Assembly: GCA_964658305.1 (NCBI GenBank)
Contig: OZ210884.1
Location: 2,604,001-2,668,000 of the forward strand
DNA length: 64,000 nt
Source of the DNA: Leptogorgia sarmentosa
Taxonomy: Eukaryota
Direction: 5' to 3'
The notes under the pieces were generated by a model. That model worked only from the letters and a program-made list of their open reading frames with translations. It was not told where the DNA came from and ran no database searches. This document shows positions 30,001-41,800 of the stretch, one piece after another. How positions within the stretch are numbered: position 1 is the stretch's first letter; each line of letters begins with the position of its first letter. The translations under genes and the position numbers were made by a program.

Positions 30001-31840
30001 TGAAAAATCGCTAGGTCGTTTTTGGCTCGTAGTTCAGAGTTCTTCAGAGTGTTTCAGAGTATTTCAGAGTAAGTGAAAAATCGCTAGGCCTTTTTTGGCT
30101 CGTAGTACGTACAGAGTTCTTCAGAGTGTTTCAGGTAATTGAGAGTAAGTGAAAAATCGCTAGGCCGTTTTTGGCTCGTGGTTCAGAGTTCTTCAGAGTG
30201 TTTCAGAGTAATTGAGAGGGGGAGAAAAATCGCTAGACCCGTTTTTGGCTCGTAGTTCAGAGTTCTTCAGAGTGTTTCAGAGTAATTCAGAGTACGTAAA
30301 AACCGCTAGGCCGTTTTTGGCTCGTAGTACGTACAGAGTTCTTCAGAGTGTTTCAGGTAATTGAGAGTAAGTGAAAAATTGCTAGGCCGTTTTTGGCTCG
30401 TAGTTCAGAGTTCTTCAGAGTGTTTCAGAGTAATTCAGAGGACGTGGAAAATCGCTAGGCTATTTTTGGCTCGTAGTTCAGAGTTCTTCACAGTGTTTCA
30501 GAGTAATTCAGATGGGGAGTAAAAATGCTAGACCGTTTTTGGCTCGTAGTTCAGAGTTCTTCAGAGTGTTTCAGTGTAATTGAGAGTAAGTGAAAAATCG
30601 CTAGGCCATTTTTGGCTCGTAGTTCAGAGTTCTTCAGAGTGTTTCAGAGTAATTCAGAAGGGGAGAAAAATCGCTAGCCCGTTTTTGGCTCGTTTTTCAG
30701 AGTTCTTCAGAGTGTTTCAGAGTAATTCAGAGTAAGTGAAAAATCGCTAGGCCATTTTTGGCTCGTAGTTCAGAGTTCTTCAGAGTGTTTCAGAGTAATT
30801 CAGAAGGGGAGAAAAATCGCTAGGCCATTTTTGGCTCGTAGTTCAGAGTTCTTCAGAGTATTTCAGAGTTAGTGAAAAATCACTAGGCCGTTTTTGGCTC
30901 GTAGTTCATAGTTCTTCAGAGTATTTCAGAGTAAGTGAAAAATCGCTAGGCCATTTTTGGCTCGTAGTTCATAGTTCTTCAGAGTATTTCAGAGTAAGTG
31001 AAAAATCGCTAGGCCATTTTTGGCTCGTAGTTCAGAGTTCTTCAGAGTATTTCAGAGTAAGTGAAAAATCGCTAGGCCATTTTTGGCTCGTAGTTCAGAG
31101 TTCTTCAGAGTGTTTCACAGTAATTCAGAGGAGGTGAAAAATCGCTAGGCCATTTTTGGCTCGTAGTTCAACGTTCTTCAGAGTGTTTCAGAGTAATTGA
31201 GAGTAAGTTAAAAATCGCTAGGCCGTTTTTGGCTCGTATTTCATAGTTCATCAGAGTATTTCAGAGTAAGTGAAAAGTCGCTATGCCGTTTTTGGCTCGT
31301 AGTTCATAGTTCCTCAGAGTATTTCAGAGTAAGTGAATAGTCGCTAGGCCGTTTTTGGCTCGTAGTTCATAGTTCCTCAGAGTATTTCAGAGTAAGTGAA
31401 AAATCGCTAGGCCGTTTTTGGCTCGTAGTTCATAGTTCCTCAGAGTATTTCAGAGTAAGTGAAAAATCGCTAGGCCGTTTTTGGCTCGTAGTTCATAGTT
31501 CCTCAGAGTATTTCAGAGTAAGTGAATAGTCGCTAGGTCGTTTTTGGCTCGTAGTTTACAGTTCTTCAGAGTGTTTCAGAGTAATTCAGAGGAGGTGAAA
31601 AATCGCTAGACCGTTTTTGGCTCGAAGTTCAACGTTCTTCAGAGTATGTCAGAGTAAGTGAAAAGTCGCTAGGCCGTTTTTGGCTCGTAGTTCAGAGTTC
31701 GTCAGAGTGTTTCAGATTAATTCAGAGGAAGTGAAAAATCGCTAGGCCGTTTTTTGCTCGTAGTTCAGAGTTCGTCAGAGTGTTTCAGAGTAATTCAGAG
31801 GAGATGAAAAATCGCTAGGCCGTTTTTGACTCGTAGTTCA
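1..31840. repeat. Satellite DNA array, ~73-bp monomer (consensus AGTAAGTGAAAAATCGCTAGGCCGTTTTTGGCTCGTAGTTCAGAGTTCTTCAGAGTGTTTCAGAGTAATTCAG) with 63-bp and ~76-bp variants; runs off the left edge
   Basis: Continuous head-to-tail repeats; equivalent positions at 301 and 374 give a 73-bp period. Internal TTCAGAGTNN 10-bp subrepeats. Over 400 monomers by length/period. Ends mid-monomer at ...GACTCGTAGTTCA (31840). Confidence 0.99.
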
Positions 31841-33705
31841 TTGCCATAGACATGGTGAATACGTATGGCAAATTTGGTGTCGATGCCATATAAAATGGAA
31901 GGGACAGAAGCAATCAAATCCCTTCACCTGGTATGGTAAATTTGCTATTGCTCCTGTTGCGATTCCTTTCAAAAGACAGGCTATCCATCTTCATGCCGTT
32001 GCTCCAATTTTTATGGCAGATTTACGAAAATTCTGGTGCACATTGTAATAGACATGGTGAATTCGCATGGTAAATTTAGTGGCGATACCATTCAAAATGG
32101 AAGTGGCAGAAAGAATCAAATCGCTAAACCTTGTATGGTAAAGTTGCGATTGGTCCTGTTGAGATTCCTTTGAAAAGACAGGCTATCCATCAACATGCCG
32201 TTGCTTCTATTTCTATGACAGGTTTACGCAAATGCTAGTGCACATTGCCATAGACATGGTGAATACGTATGGCAAATTTGGTGTCGATGCCATTCAAAAT
32301 GGAAGCGGCAGAAACAATCAAATCCCTTCACCTGGTATGGTAAATTTGTTATTGCTCCTTGAGATTCCTTTGAAATGACAGGCTATTCATCTTCATTCTG
32401 TTGCTCCTATTTTTATGGCAGGTTTACGAAATTGGTAGTGCACATTGCCATAGAAATGATGAATACGTATGGTAAATTTGGTGGCGATGTCATTGAAAAT
32501 GGAAGCGCCAGAAGCAATCAAATCCCTTCACCTGGTATGGTAAATTTTCTACTGCTCCTGTTGAGATTCCTTTGTAAAGACAGGCTACCCATCATCATGC
32601 CGTTGCTCGTAATTTTATGACAGGTTTACGAAATTGCTGGTGCGCATTGTAAATTTGGTGGCGATACCATTCAAAATGGAAGCGACAGAAGCAATCAAAT
32701 CACTTCACCTGGTATGGTAAATTTGCTATTGGCCCAGTTGAGATTGGTCCTTACGAAATTGCTGGTGCACATTGTCATAGACATGGTGAATACGCATGGT
32801 AAATTTGGTGGCGATACCATTGAAAATGGAAGCGGAAGAAGCAATCAAATCCCTTACCTAGTATGGTAAATTTACTATTGCTCCTGTTGAGATTCCCGTG
32901 TAAGGACAGGCTACCCATCATCATGCCGTTGCTCGTAATTTTATGACAGGTTTACGAAATTGCTGGTGTGCATTGTAAATTTGGTGACGATACCATTCAA
33001 AATGGAAGCGACAAAAGCAATCAAATAACTTCACCTGGTATGGTAAATTTGCTATTGCTCCTGTTGAGATTCCTTTGAAAAGACAGGCTACTCATCATCA
33101 TGCCGTTGCTCGTATTTTTAGGACAGGTTTACGAAATTGCTGGTGCTCATTATCCTAGACATGGTGAATAGGCATGGTAAATTTGGTGGCGATACCATTC
33201 AAAATGGAAGCGACAGAAGCAATCAAATCCCTTCACCTGGTATGGTAAATTTGCCATTGCTCCTGTTGAGATTCCTAGTGCTCGTTATCATAGTCATGGT
33301 GACTAGGCATGGTAAATTTGGTGGCGATACCGTTCAAAATAGAAGCGGCAGAAGCAATCAAATCCCTTCACCTGGTATGGTAAATTTGCTATTACTCCTG
33401 TTGAGATTCCTTTGAAAAGACAGGCTATCCATCATCATGCCGTTGCTCCTATTTTTATGGCAGGTTTACGAAATTGCTGCTGGTCATTGTGATAGACATG
33501 GCGAATACGCATGGTAAATTTGGTTGCGATACCATTGAAAATGGAAGCGGCAGAAGCAATCAAATCCCTTCACCTGGTATGGTAAATTTGCTATTGCTCC
33601 AGTTGAGAATCCTCGAAAAACAGGTTACCCAACATCAAGCTGTTGCCCCTATTTGAATGGTAGGATTACGAAATTGCTAGTACGTAATGCTTAAAACATG
33701 GTTAC
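31841..33705. repeat. Second, unrelated tandem repeat, ~202-bp monomer, about 10 diverged and partly deleted copies
   Basis: ATAGA(C/A)ATG landmark at 31846, 32048, 32250, 32450. Shared core AAATTTGGTGGCGATACCATTCAAAATGGAAGCGGCAGAAGCAATCAAATCCCTTCACCTGGTATGGTAAATTTG. Internal deletions near 32650, 32745, 32976, 33276. Confidence 0.95.
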
Positions 33706-34345
33706 TGTAGGCCTTTGCTGATCTTGCTTCTCCGATTTCGCTTCTTGGATAATGATAGATATTTATTTCGATATGGATTCAATGTTCATCAGATGTGCGA
33801 GTTCGAACTAAAGGTGGCAAATAAACTATACTAAACCTAAGGTTAATTAATACACATTACACAAGTCATGCAAGTCATGCAACAGTTCATGATACTGTTC
33901 AACACGTTAAATAGCAGTAACGCAAAATAACAAAAGAATATAATACAAGAATAAATCGTTCTTACTTTGTTCTCCTCTCTACGGTCGTTGAATATAGCTG
34001 CTTAGCCCGAATCGATTTCAATATAACAGCGGTGTGACTGTAATAATCCTCTCTACTTGCAATCAGATCTTGTTCTATCTCGCTATCTCGCATGCATGTT
34101 AACTTATAATGTCACGTCACTGATGTTATAGGATTAACTAATTAATTAATTATTAAATTGCTATAAATTGGAATTATTGGATGTTTCAAACTAACAGTTA
34201 CTATTCATGGTAAATTTCAGGCCGTATAAAAAGAATAGATCAGTTCTTGCCTTTAATCTCAATAAATGGAAAAAAGATATTGTCATGGCAGTACACTTTA
34301 ATGATAGCCCTCACAATGTTGTGATCTGTATTATATTCGAGCTAT

Positions 34346-35277
34346 TTAAGAAATAGAAAACATTTTCCGTGTTTCTATAGAGTTATTGAAACACGCGTGG
34401 AAGTTTGGGAGACACGAGAAATTCCGTGGGAACACGAGCACGTTTCTTTAACTTATAGAAACAGGGACAAAATGTTTTCTATTTTCTTTTTTAAATAGCC
34501 TTTTATTTTAATTTAATTTAATTTAGTTTAGTTTACATTCTTTCAAAGATTTTTTTTTTTTTAATTTCGCGCGCAATCCACGCAACCCGCGTGAAAATCC
34601 TCGTGTTTCCATACTGTTATACTGTGTGTTTAAAAAAAATTCGTATCCAACTTTGGCGTGTAATAATGCTGAATATATTTGACAAATATGGTTGGTTTGT
34701 TTATAGTTCTTAAGTACGTTTACTTAGCTTTCAAGTGACATCTTGTATGCATCATTGGGTTGGAAAATGGAGGAGTATTGGTTTGAAGAAAAAAGTTCAT
34801 AAAAATCAGAATTTTCCGCCGATGGGAATTGCGCATTGTTCCTTTGATTGCCGATTCAATAAGTCTTTGAAATGCTGATTATCGATAAAATGCAAATTTA
34901 AAAGCAAGCTTCTTCATTTGAAGGCATTGGAGCATATGAATTCCTGTCAATCTTATTTAATTAAATTTGCATTATCTTTTGTTGCACCTCTCGCTTTGAA
35001 TTCCCATGCACCGGCGGAAATATTTGATTTCGAGCGACCATTTTTCACAGACGGTTACTCCGCCAGTTGTGGCCGTACTAATACAAGAACGATATAATTG
35101 GAAACCTGATAGCCCGTTCTTCATTTCCATATGCAATTTATTTCGGTTACTTCAGTATTTTATAAACAACAGCCTGTCAAAGTTGGATTCGAATTTTTTT
35201 GATACACACTGTAGAAACACGGGTTTTTTGAGCTCTCCACCAATCAACACCCGTGTTTTTAAAAGGCCATTTTATAA
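34346..35277. mobile_element. Non-autonomous palindromic interspersed repeat (possibly Crypton-related); hairpin centre deleted
   Basis: Inverted arms AAATAGAAAACATTTTCCGTGTTTCTATA (34351-34379) and TATAGAAACAGGGACAAAATGTTTTCTATTT (34454-34483). TAGAAACACG/CGTGTTT motif recurs at 34602 and 35212-35270. Family assignment and right end are from recollection of coral repeats, not a search. Confidence 0.5.
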
Positions 35278-35687
35278 ACATATATGTCATTGACTGAGCC
35301 TTTTCCGTACTGGAGCATACTGCACGGCGAGTTATTTTTTTCGAAGTGTTCCAATTCGACAATAAATTTCGCACATGGAATAGTCGAAATCTCTAAAAAA
35401 TTGCAGACATCTATCGCCCTAAATTTTGCATGCAATCGCTATAATTTATTATAAACAATTCCATATTGTGGACAGTAGCTAGAATTTAGGTTGCGCGCTC
35501 ACGCGCAATAGCCCGTGTCTCACGAGTTTGAGATCAAGTTACACAAACCTGCTGAACAGGTTTGAATACGCACCGTCATCATGCAAAATACCATAACATC
35601 ACATGATGATACAAACAGCACAATACAGCTTCCAATCTGAGAAAAGAAACCCTGTCAATTTTAAGGACTAAGTGACTATCAACACGT

Positions 35688-35858
35688 ATGGATGCTGTAG
35701 CAAAGATAAAAGCAGTTGGTTCTATTTCCGAAATGGCAAACATCCTAAGATGTTTAGGAATATCCGACGAAGGAATAGAAACAAAGGACGAAATGAAAGA
35801 CAAAGTTATCCAGGAAATAGAAGCATCTCAGAGACAAGCAATGTGGTCGCCAGGACAG
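35688..35858 (+). CDS. Coding exon 1 of GTPase-kinase gene (MDAVAKIK...MWSPGQ), small helical N-terminal domain
   Basis: ATG at 35688, 57 codons, ends at CAG|GCAAGT (GC donor). Phase 0 matches the next exon (AFSHFAEAR...). Confidence 0.72.
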
Positions 35859-38800
35859 GCAAGTGATATTATGTTTTATAAATACCGCGACCCAGTTATT
35901 CATTTCACCTGAACTGGAATTGAATATGAATGAGTATTAAAAGTGAAACGCAAGCTTCACAATCGCCACTGGTATTGATATGATGACTGTGGTGTTTTTG
36001 TTCGTTTTTGAATCATTATCTACTGTATAGTATATGTGTACCAAATTTAGCCAACGTGTATAGACAATTCACCATACAATGTCGCCGCTCAATCGATGAT
36101 AAATAATAAGATATAACAAGCCTATTGAACGTAGTACATTGTCTTGTTTATGAACTATTACTAACCTTACTTGCATTCAGTACAACTCATGTATGGAACT
36201 TTGCTTTAATCTGTTCGTGCACTCTTGAAATATATATAAATATCGTTTACAGTTTAGTCATTTGTTTGTAATCTATTATTCATTTGATTTGTAATCAAGA
36301 AACCCTACATGCATGGGCGGAAATTTATTCCGTGATAAATATTTGTGGTATTTCCGCAAAATTCGTTCATTTTATTATCTAGGTGAAAAATTGTAGAATC
36401 AGGACTTGTATTTATTATATTCGAAATTATATTGCCATGTAGACATTACGAAGGTTCGTGTCGTCATTTAATTAGCCCTTATGTTAAACAGGGATTTCAT
36501 TTAACTATATACGCGATTTTGAACGAAACGGCCAACATGAATGTAATCCGATCAGAAATATAGACTGTATCTATGAACTTTAACCTACTGTATATAGCAT
36601 TTGAAAGTAAATTCTCGGTACCGGTATATCATGAACCAAAATACTTCTTCAATTCAAAAACACAGCGTCAATTTTCCATTTATTTTTGTGGCAGCTTAGA
36701 AACTTACGGCTGTTTACATGCATGATATTCGTTTGCGAGAAAACGGTGTAATGGACAGAATATTATGGTGATTTTGTTCCTTAATCCCTGATCATGATTC
36801 CCTGTTTACACGAGCGAATTAAATACGAATGTGTTATTGATATTCGCACTTGTATTGCTGAAGGTGCAAGATTATCTTAATGAGATTCTCTTTTCGCTTA
36901 AAGTGCTACTGAATCGAAATTTTGGGTATGCGTTTTTTTACATAATCGAATAGTTCAATCTTTCCTGATCAATATGGTATATTTTTTATAATAATTGAAG
37001 AGCGGGAACACGCATAATTTTCGCTTCAAAGTTGGGCTATGCATGCGAATTTTTTCTCTTGAAATATGATGCCGGTGTGACGTAATTAAAAGGACGGAAG
37101 TCGATGTATGAGCAAGCTTTGCTATATATTTTGTTAGTGTTTTCGTGTATGTTCATGAATAAACACGAGTTTATCGAGCAGAGAAAGCGAACGGAGTTTG
37201 GATAACGAGAAGTCTGATGCGTGTAGTGAAAATTTACATACGGATTCGAGCGATGAGGAAACATTGGTTGTGAATTCCGTTGTGAATCCGTATGAAAACG
37301 AGCCGCTCGCAAAGCCCTATTGGACTTTCCTTTCAATGATGTTGTAGGTATTTTAGATCACCACTGTGAAGTTGTCACAACATTCATCACGACATTCATC
37401 ACGACATTCGGCACAACATTCATCGCAATTCGTAAGCAGATTAAATCTGCTGATAAAGACCACATGTTGCGCGCTTACTATTTACCATCATTTAAAAGTT
37501 TTAACAGTTAAAGTATACTATTTCTTGAGCAGATTTAACAAATTCTTCATGTTCTAACCTGCCCTAAATTCCCAAAATAGTTTCGAGAAGGTTTAGGTAA
37601 TAATGACTACGAAACCTTTCGGATTCAAAGTCTCTTCTTGTTTGATATATACAATTAGTAGTTTACACCTTATATGCTTAGTAAGTGTCTAATACTGAAA
37701 TTTAGTAAGTGTCCAAATTTATACTTTTAATCACCGTATATATACATATATATATAAGAGAATGTGCACACCGATGTGCAGAAGCTATATCATATAAAGA
37801 ACCTTAATAATTAGGGGATGGCTGGCCTGTGGCTCACTACATATGACATCTAATAATAGATCTCCATATATTATAATTACATTCAAACAGAAACTAATTC
37901 TTTATACTGAAGAACGTTAATAAGTTACAAAACTTAAAGTCCTTGTTTCAACCTGAGAAACAAATTAATGAAACTCATTTATCTTAATTCGAATTGTTCG
38001 AATACTATAGACATACAATTTTCACTTCAAACTATACTTAAAAACATTTCATTGACAATCCCAACAATGTATTGCTTGCCTTTAATATTTTTTTTCACTG
38101 CCGTGTTTTTGCCATTTTAAAGCAAAGGTGTGATATGAGAATTAGTCTGCAACTCAAACGGAAATGCATGTGAACTTCAAGTCCTTTTTTTCATTATCTA
38201 TTCTATAGAATTTTTTTATTTTCACATATGTTATTCAGACAACACTGATATATCCTACAATGTATAGCTTGGCCTGGGGACCGAATGATATCAATGCGTT
38301 TTTTTACTTTGAACATTGATGTAATATGATGCGTTTCTGAGGAATGTGCATGTTAAATTTCAAGTCTTTTTCTCGCTTCATTCTAGCCATAGATTTTTCA
38401 TTTTGCAATATATTATACATATTACAATGATAATTCCAACAATCTATTGCTTGCCTTTAATATTTTTATACACTGCCGTGTTTTTGCCATTTTAAAGCAA
38501 AGGTGTGATATGAGAATTAGTCTGCAACTCAAACGGAAATGCATGTGAACTTCAAGTCCTTTTTTTCATTACCTATTCTATAGAATTTTTTTATTTTCAC
38601 ATATCTTATTCAGAAAACACTGATATATCATACAATGTATAGCTTGGCCTGGGGACCGAATGATATCAATGCGTTTTTTTACTTTGAACATTGATGTAAT
38701 ATGATGCGTTTCTGAGGAATGTGCATGTTAAATTTCAAGTCTTTTTCTCGCTTCATTCTAGCCATAGATTTTTCATTTTGCAATATATTATACATATTAC

Positions 38801-41800
38801 AATGATAATTCCAACAATCTATTGCTTGCCTTTAATATTTTTATACACTGCCGTGTTTTTGCCATTTTAAAGCAAAGGTGTGATATGAGAATTAGTCTGC
38901 AACTCAAACGGAAATGCATGTGAACTTCAAGTCCTTTTTTTCATTACCTATTCTATAGAATTTTTTTATTTTCACATATCTTATTCAGAAAACACTGATA
39001 TATCATACAATGTATAGCTTGGCCTGGGGACCGAATGATATCAATGCGTTTTTTTACTTTGAACATTGATGTAATATGATGCGTTTCTGAGGAATGTGCA
39101 TGTTAAATTTTAAGTCTTTTTCTCGCTTCATTCTAGCCATAGATTTTTCATTTTGCAATATATTATACATATTACAATGATAATTCCAACAATGTATTGC
39201 TTGCCTTTAATATTTTTATACACTGCCGTGTTTTTGCCATTTTAAAGCAAAGGTGTGATATGAGAATTAGTCTGCAACTCAAACGGAAATGCATGTGAAC
39301 TTCAAGTCCTTTTTTTCATTACCTATTCTATAGAATTTTTTTATTTTCACATATCTTATTCAGAAAACACTGATATATCATACAATGTATAGCTTGGCCT
39401 GGGGACCGAATGATATCAATGCGTTTTTTTACTTTGAACATTGATGTAATATGATGCGTTTCTGAGGAATGTGCATGTTAAATTTCAAGTCTTTTTCTCG
39501 CTTCATTCTAGCCATAGATTTTTCATTTTGCAATATATTATACATATTACAATGATAATTCCAACAATGTATTGCCTGCCTTTAATATTTTTATACACTG
39601 CCGTGTTTTTGCCATTTTAAAGCAAAGGTGTGATATGAGAATTAGTCTGCAACTCAAACGGAAATGGATGTGAACTTCAAGTCCTTTTTTTCATTACCTA
39701 TTCTATAGAATTTTTTTATTTTCACATATCTTATTCAGAAAACATTGATATATCATACAATGTATAGCTTGGCCTGGGGACCGAATGATATCAATGCGTT
39801 TTTTTACTTTTAACATTGATGTAATATGATGCGTTTCTGAGGAATGTGCATGTTAAATTTCAAGTCTTTTTCTCGCTTCATTCTAGCCATAGATTTTTCA
39901 TTTTGCAATATATTATACATATTACAATGATAATTCCAACAATGTATTGCTTGCCTTTAATATTTTTATACACTGCCGTGTTTTTGCCATTTTAAAGCAA
40001 ATGTGTGATATGAGAATTAGTCTGCAACTCAAACGGAAGTGCATGTGAACTTCAAGTCCTTTTTTTCATTACCTATTCTATAGAATTTTTTTATTTTCAC
40101 ATATCTTATTCAGAAAACACTGATATATCATACAATGTATAGCTTGGCCTGGGGACCGAATGATATCAATGCGTTTTTTTACTTTGAACATTGATGTAAT
40201 ATGATGCGTTTCTGAGGAATGTGCATGTTAAATTTCAAGTCTTTTTCTCGCTTCATTCTAGCCATAGATTTTTCATTTTGCAATATATTATACATATTAC
40301 AATGATAATTCCAACAATGTATTGCCTGCCTTTAATATTTTTATACACTGCCGTGTTTTTGCCATTTTAAAGCAAAGGTGTGATATGAGAATTAGTCTGC
40401 AACTCAAACGGAAATGCATGTGAACTTCAAGTCCTTTTTTTCATTACCTATTCTATAGAATTTTTTTATTTTCACATATCTTATTCAGAAAACATTGATA
40501 TATCATACAATGTATAGCTTGGCTGGGGACCGAATGATATCAATGCGTTTTTTTACTTTTAACATTGATGTAATATGATGCGTTTCTGAGGAATGTGCAT
40601 GTTAAATTTCAAGTCTTTTTCTCGCTTCATTCTAGCCATAGATTTTTCATTTTGCAATATATTATACATATTACAATGATAATTCCAACAATGTATTGCT
40701 TGCCTTTAATATTTTTATACACTGCCGTGTTTTTGCCATTTTAAAGCAAATGTGTGATATGAGAATTAGTCTGCAACTCAAACGGAAGTGCATGTGAACT
40801 TCAAGTCCTTTTTTTCATTACCTATTCTATAGAATTTTTTTATTTTCACATATCTTATTCAGAAAACACTGATATATCAAACAATGTATAGCTTGGCCTG
40901 GGTACCGAATGATATCAATGCGTTTTTTTACTTTGAACATTGATGTAATATGATGCCTTTCTGAGGAATGCGCATGTTGAATTTCAAGTCTTTTTCTCGC
41001 TTCATTCTAGCCATAGATTTTTCATTTTTGCAATATATTATACATATTTCAATGATAATTTCAACAATGTATTGCTTGTCCTTAATATTTTATACACTGC
41101 CGTGTTTTTGCCATTTTAAAGCAAAGGTGTGATATGAGAATTAGTCTGCAACTCAAACGGAAATGCATGTGAACTTCAAGTCCTTTTTTTCATTATCTAT
41201 TCTATAGAAATATTTTTATTTTCACATATGCTATTCAGAAAACACTGATATATCATACGATGTATAGCTTGGCCTGGGGACCGAATGATATCAATGCGTT
41301 TTTTTACTTTGAACATTGATGTAATATGATGCGTTTCTGAGGAATGCGCATGTTAAATTTCAAGTCTTTTTCTCGTTTCATTCTAGCCATAGATTTTTCA
41401 TTTTTGCAATATATTATACATATTTCAATGATAATTCCAACAATGTATTGCTTGTCTTTAATATTTTTATACACTGCCGTGTTTTTGCAATTTTAAAGCA
41501 AAGGTGTGATATGAGAATTAGTCTGCAACTAAAACGGAAATGCATGTGAACTTCGAGTCTTTTTTTTCATTATCTATTCTATAGAAATTTTTTATTTTCA
41601 CATATGTTATTCAGAAAACACTGATATATCATACAATGTATAGCTTGGCCTGGGGACCGAATGATATCAATGCCTTTTTTTACTTTGAACATTGATGTAA
41701 TATGATATGCGTTTCTGAGGAATGTGCATTAATTGATATTTCAAATAATGTGTAACATGCCTATAATACGTATTCTTTTCTTTTTCAAAATGAAAATAAG

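Noticed and set aside
1..31840. CRISPR-like array, or protein-coding ORFs at 441, 8008, 14312 and 25655
   Set aside because: There are no unique spacers and no cas genes, and the context is eukaryotic. The ORFs start at TTG and are chance read-throughs of satellite monomers, identical only because the DNA is duplicated.
32375..33656. Three similar ORFs (…GKFGGD…NQIPSPGMVNLLLLLLRFL) suggesting a small protein family
   Set aside because: They are translations of the 202-bp repeat; the period is not a multiple of 3 and frames break between copies.
35006..35374. ORFs within the palindromic element as a possible recombinase or transposase remnant
   Set aside because: No tyrosine-recombinase or DDE motifs are recognisable in the provided translations.
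37376..37425. 12-bp repeat CAC(A/G)ACATTCAT giving TTFI-repeat ORFs
   Set aside because: It is a four-copy minisatellite inside a transposon, with no splice or start evidence.
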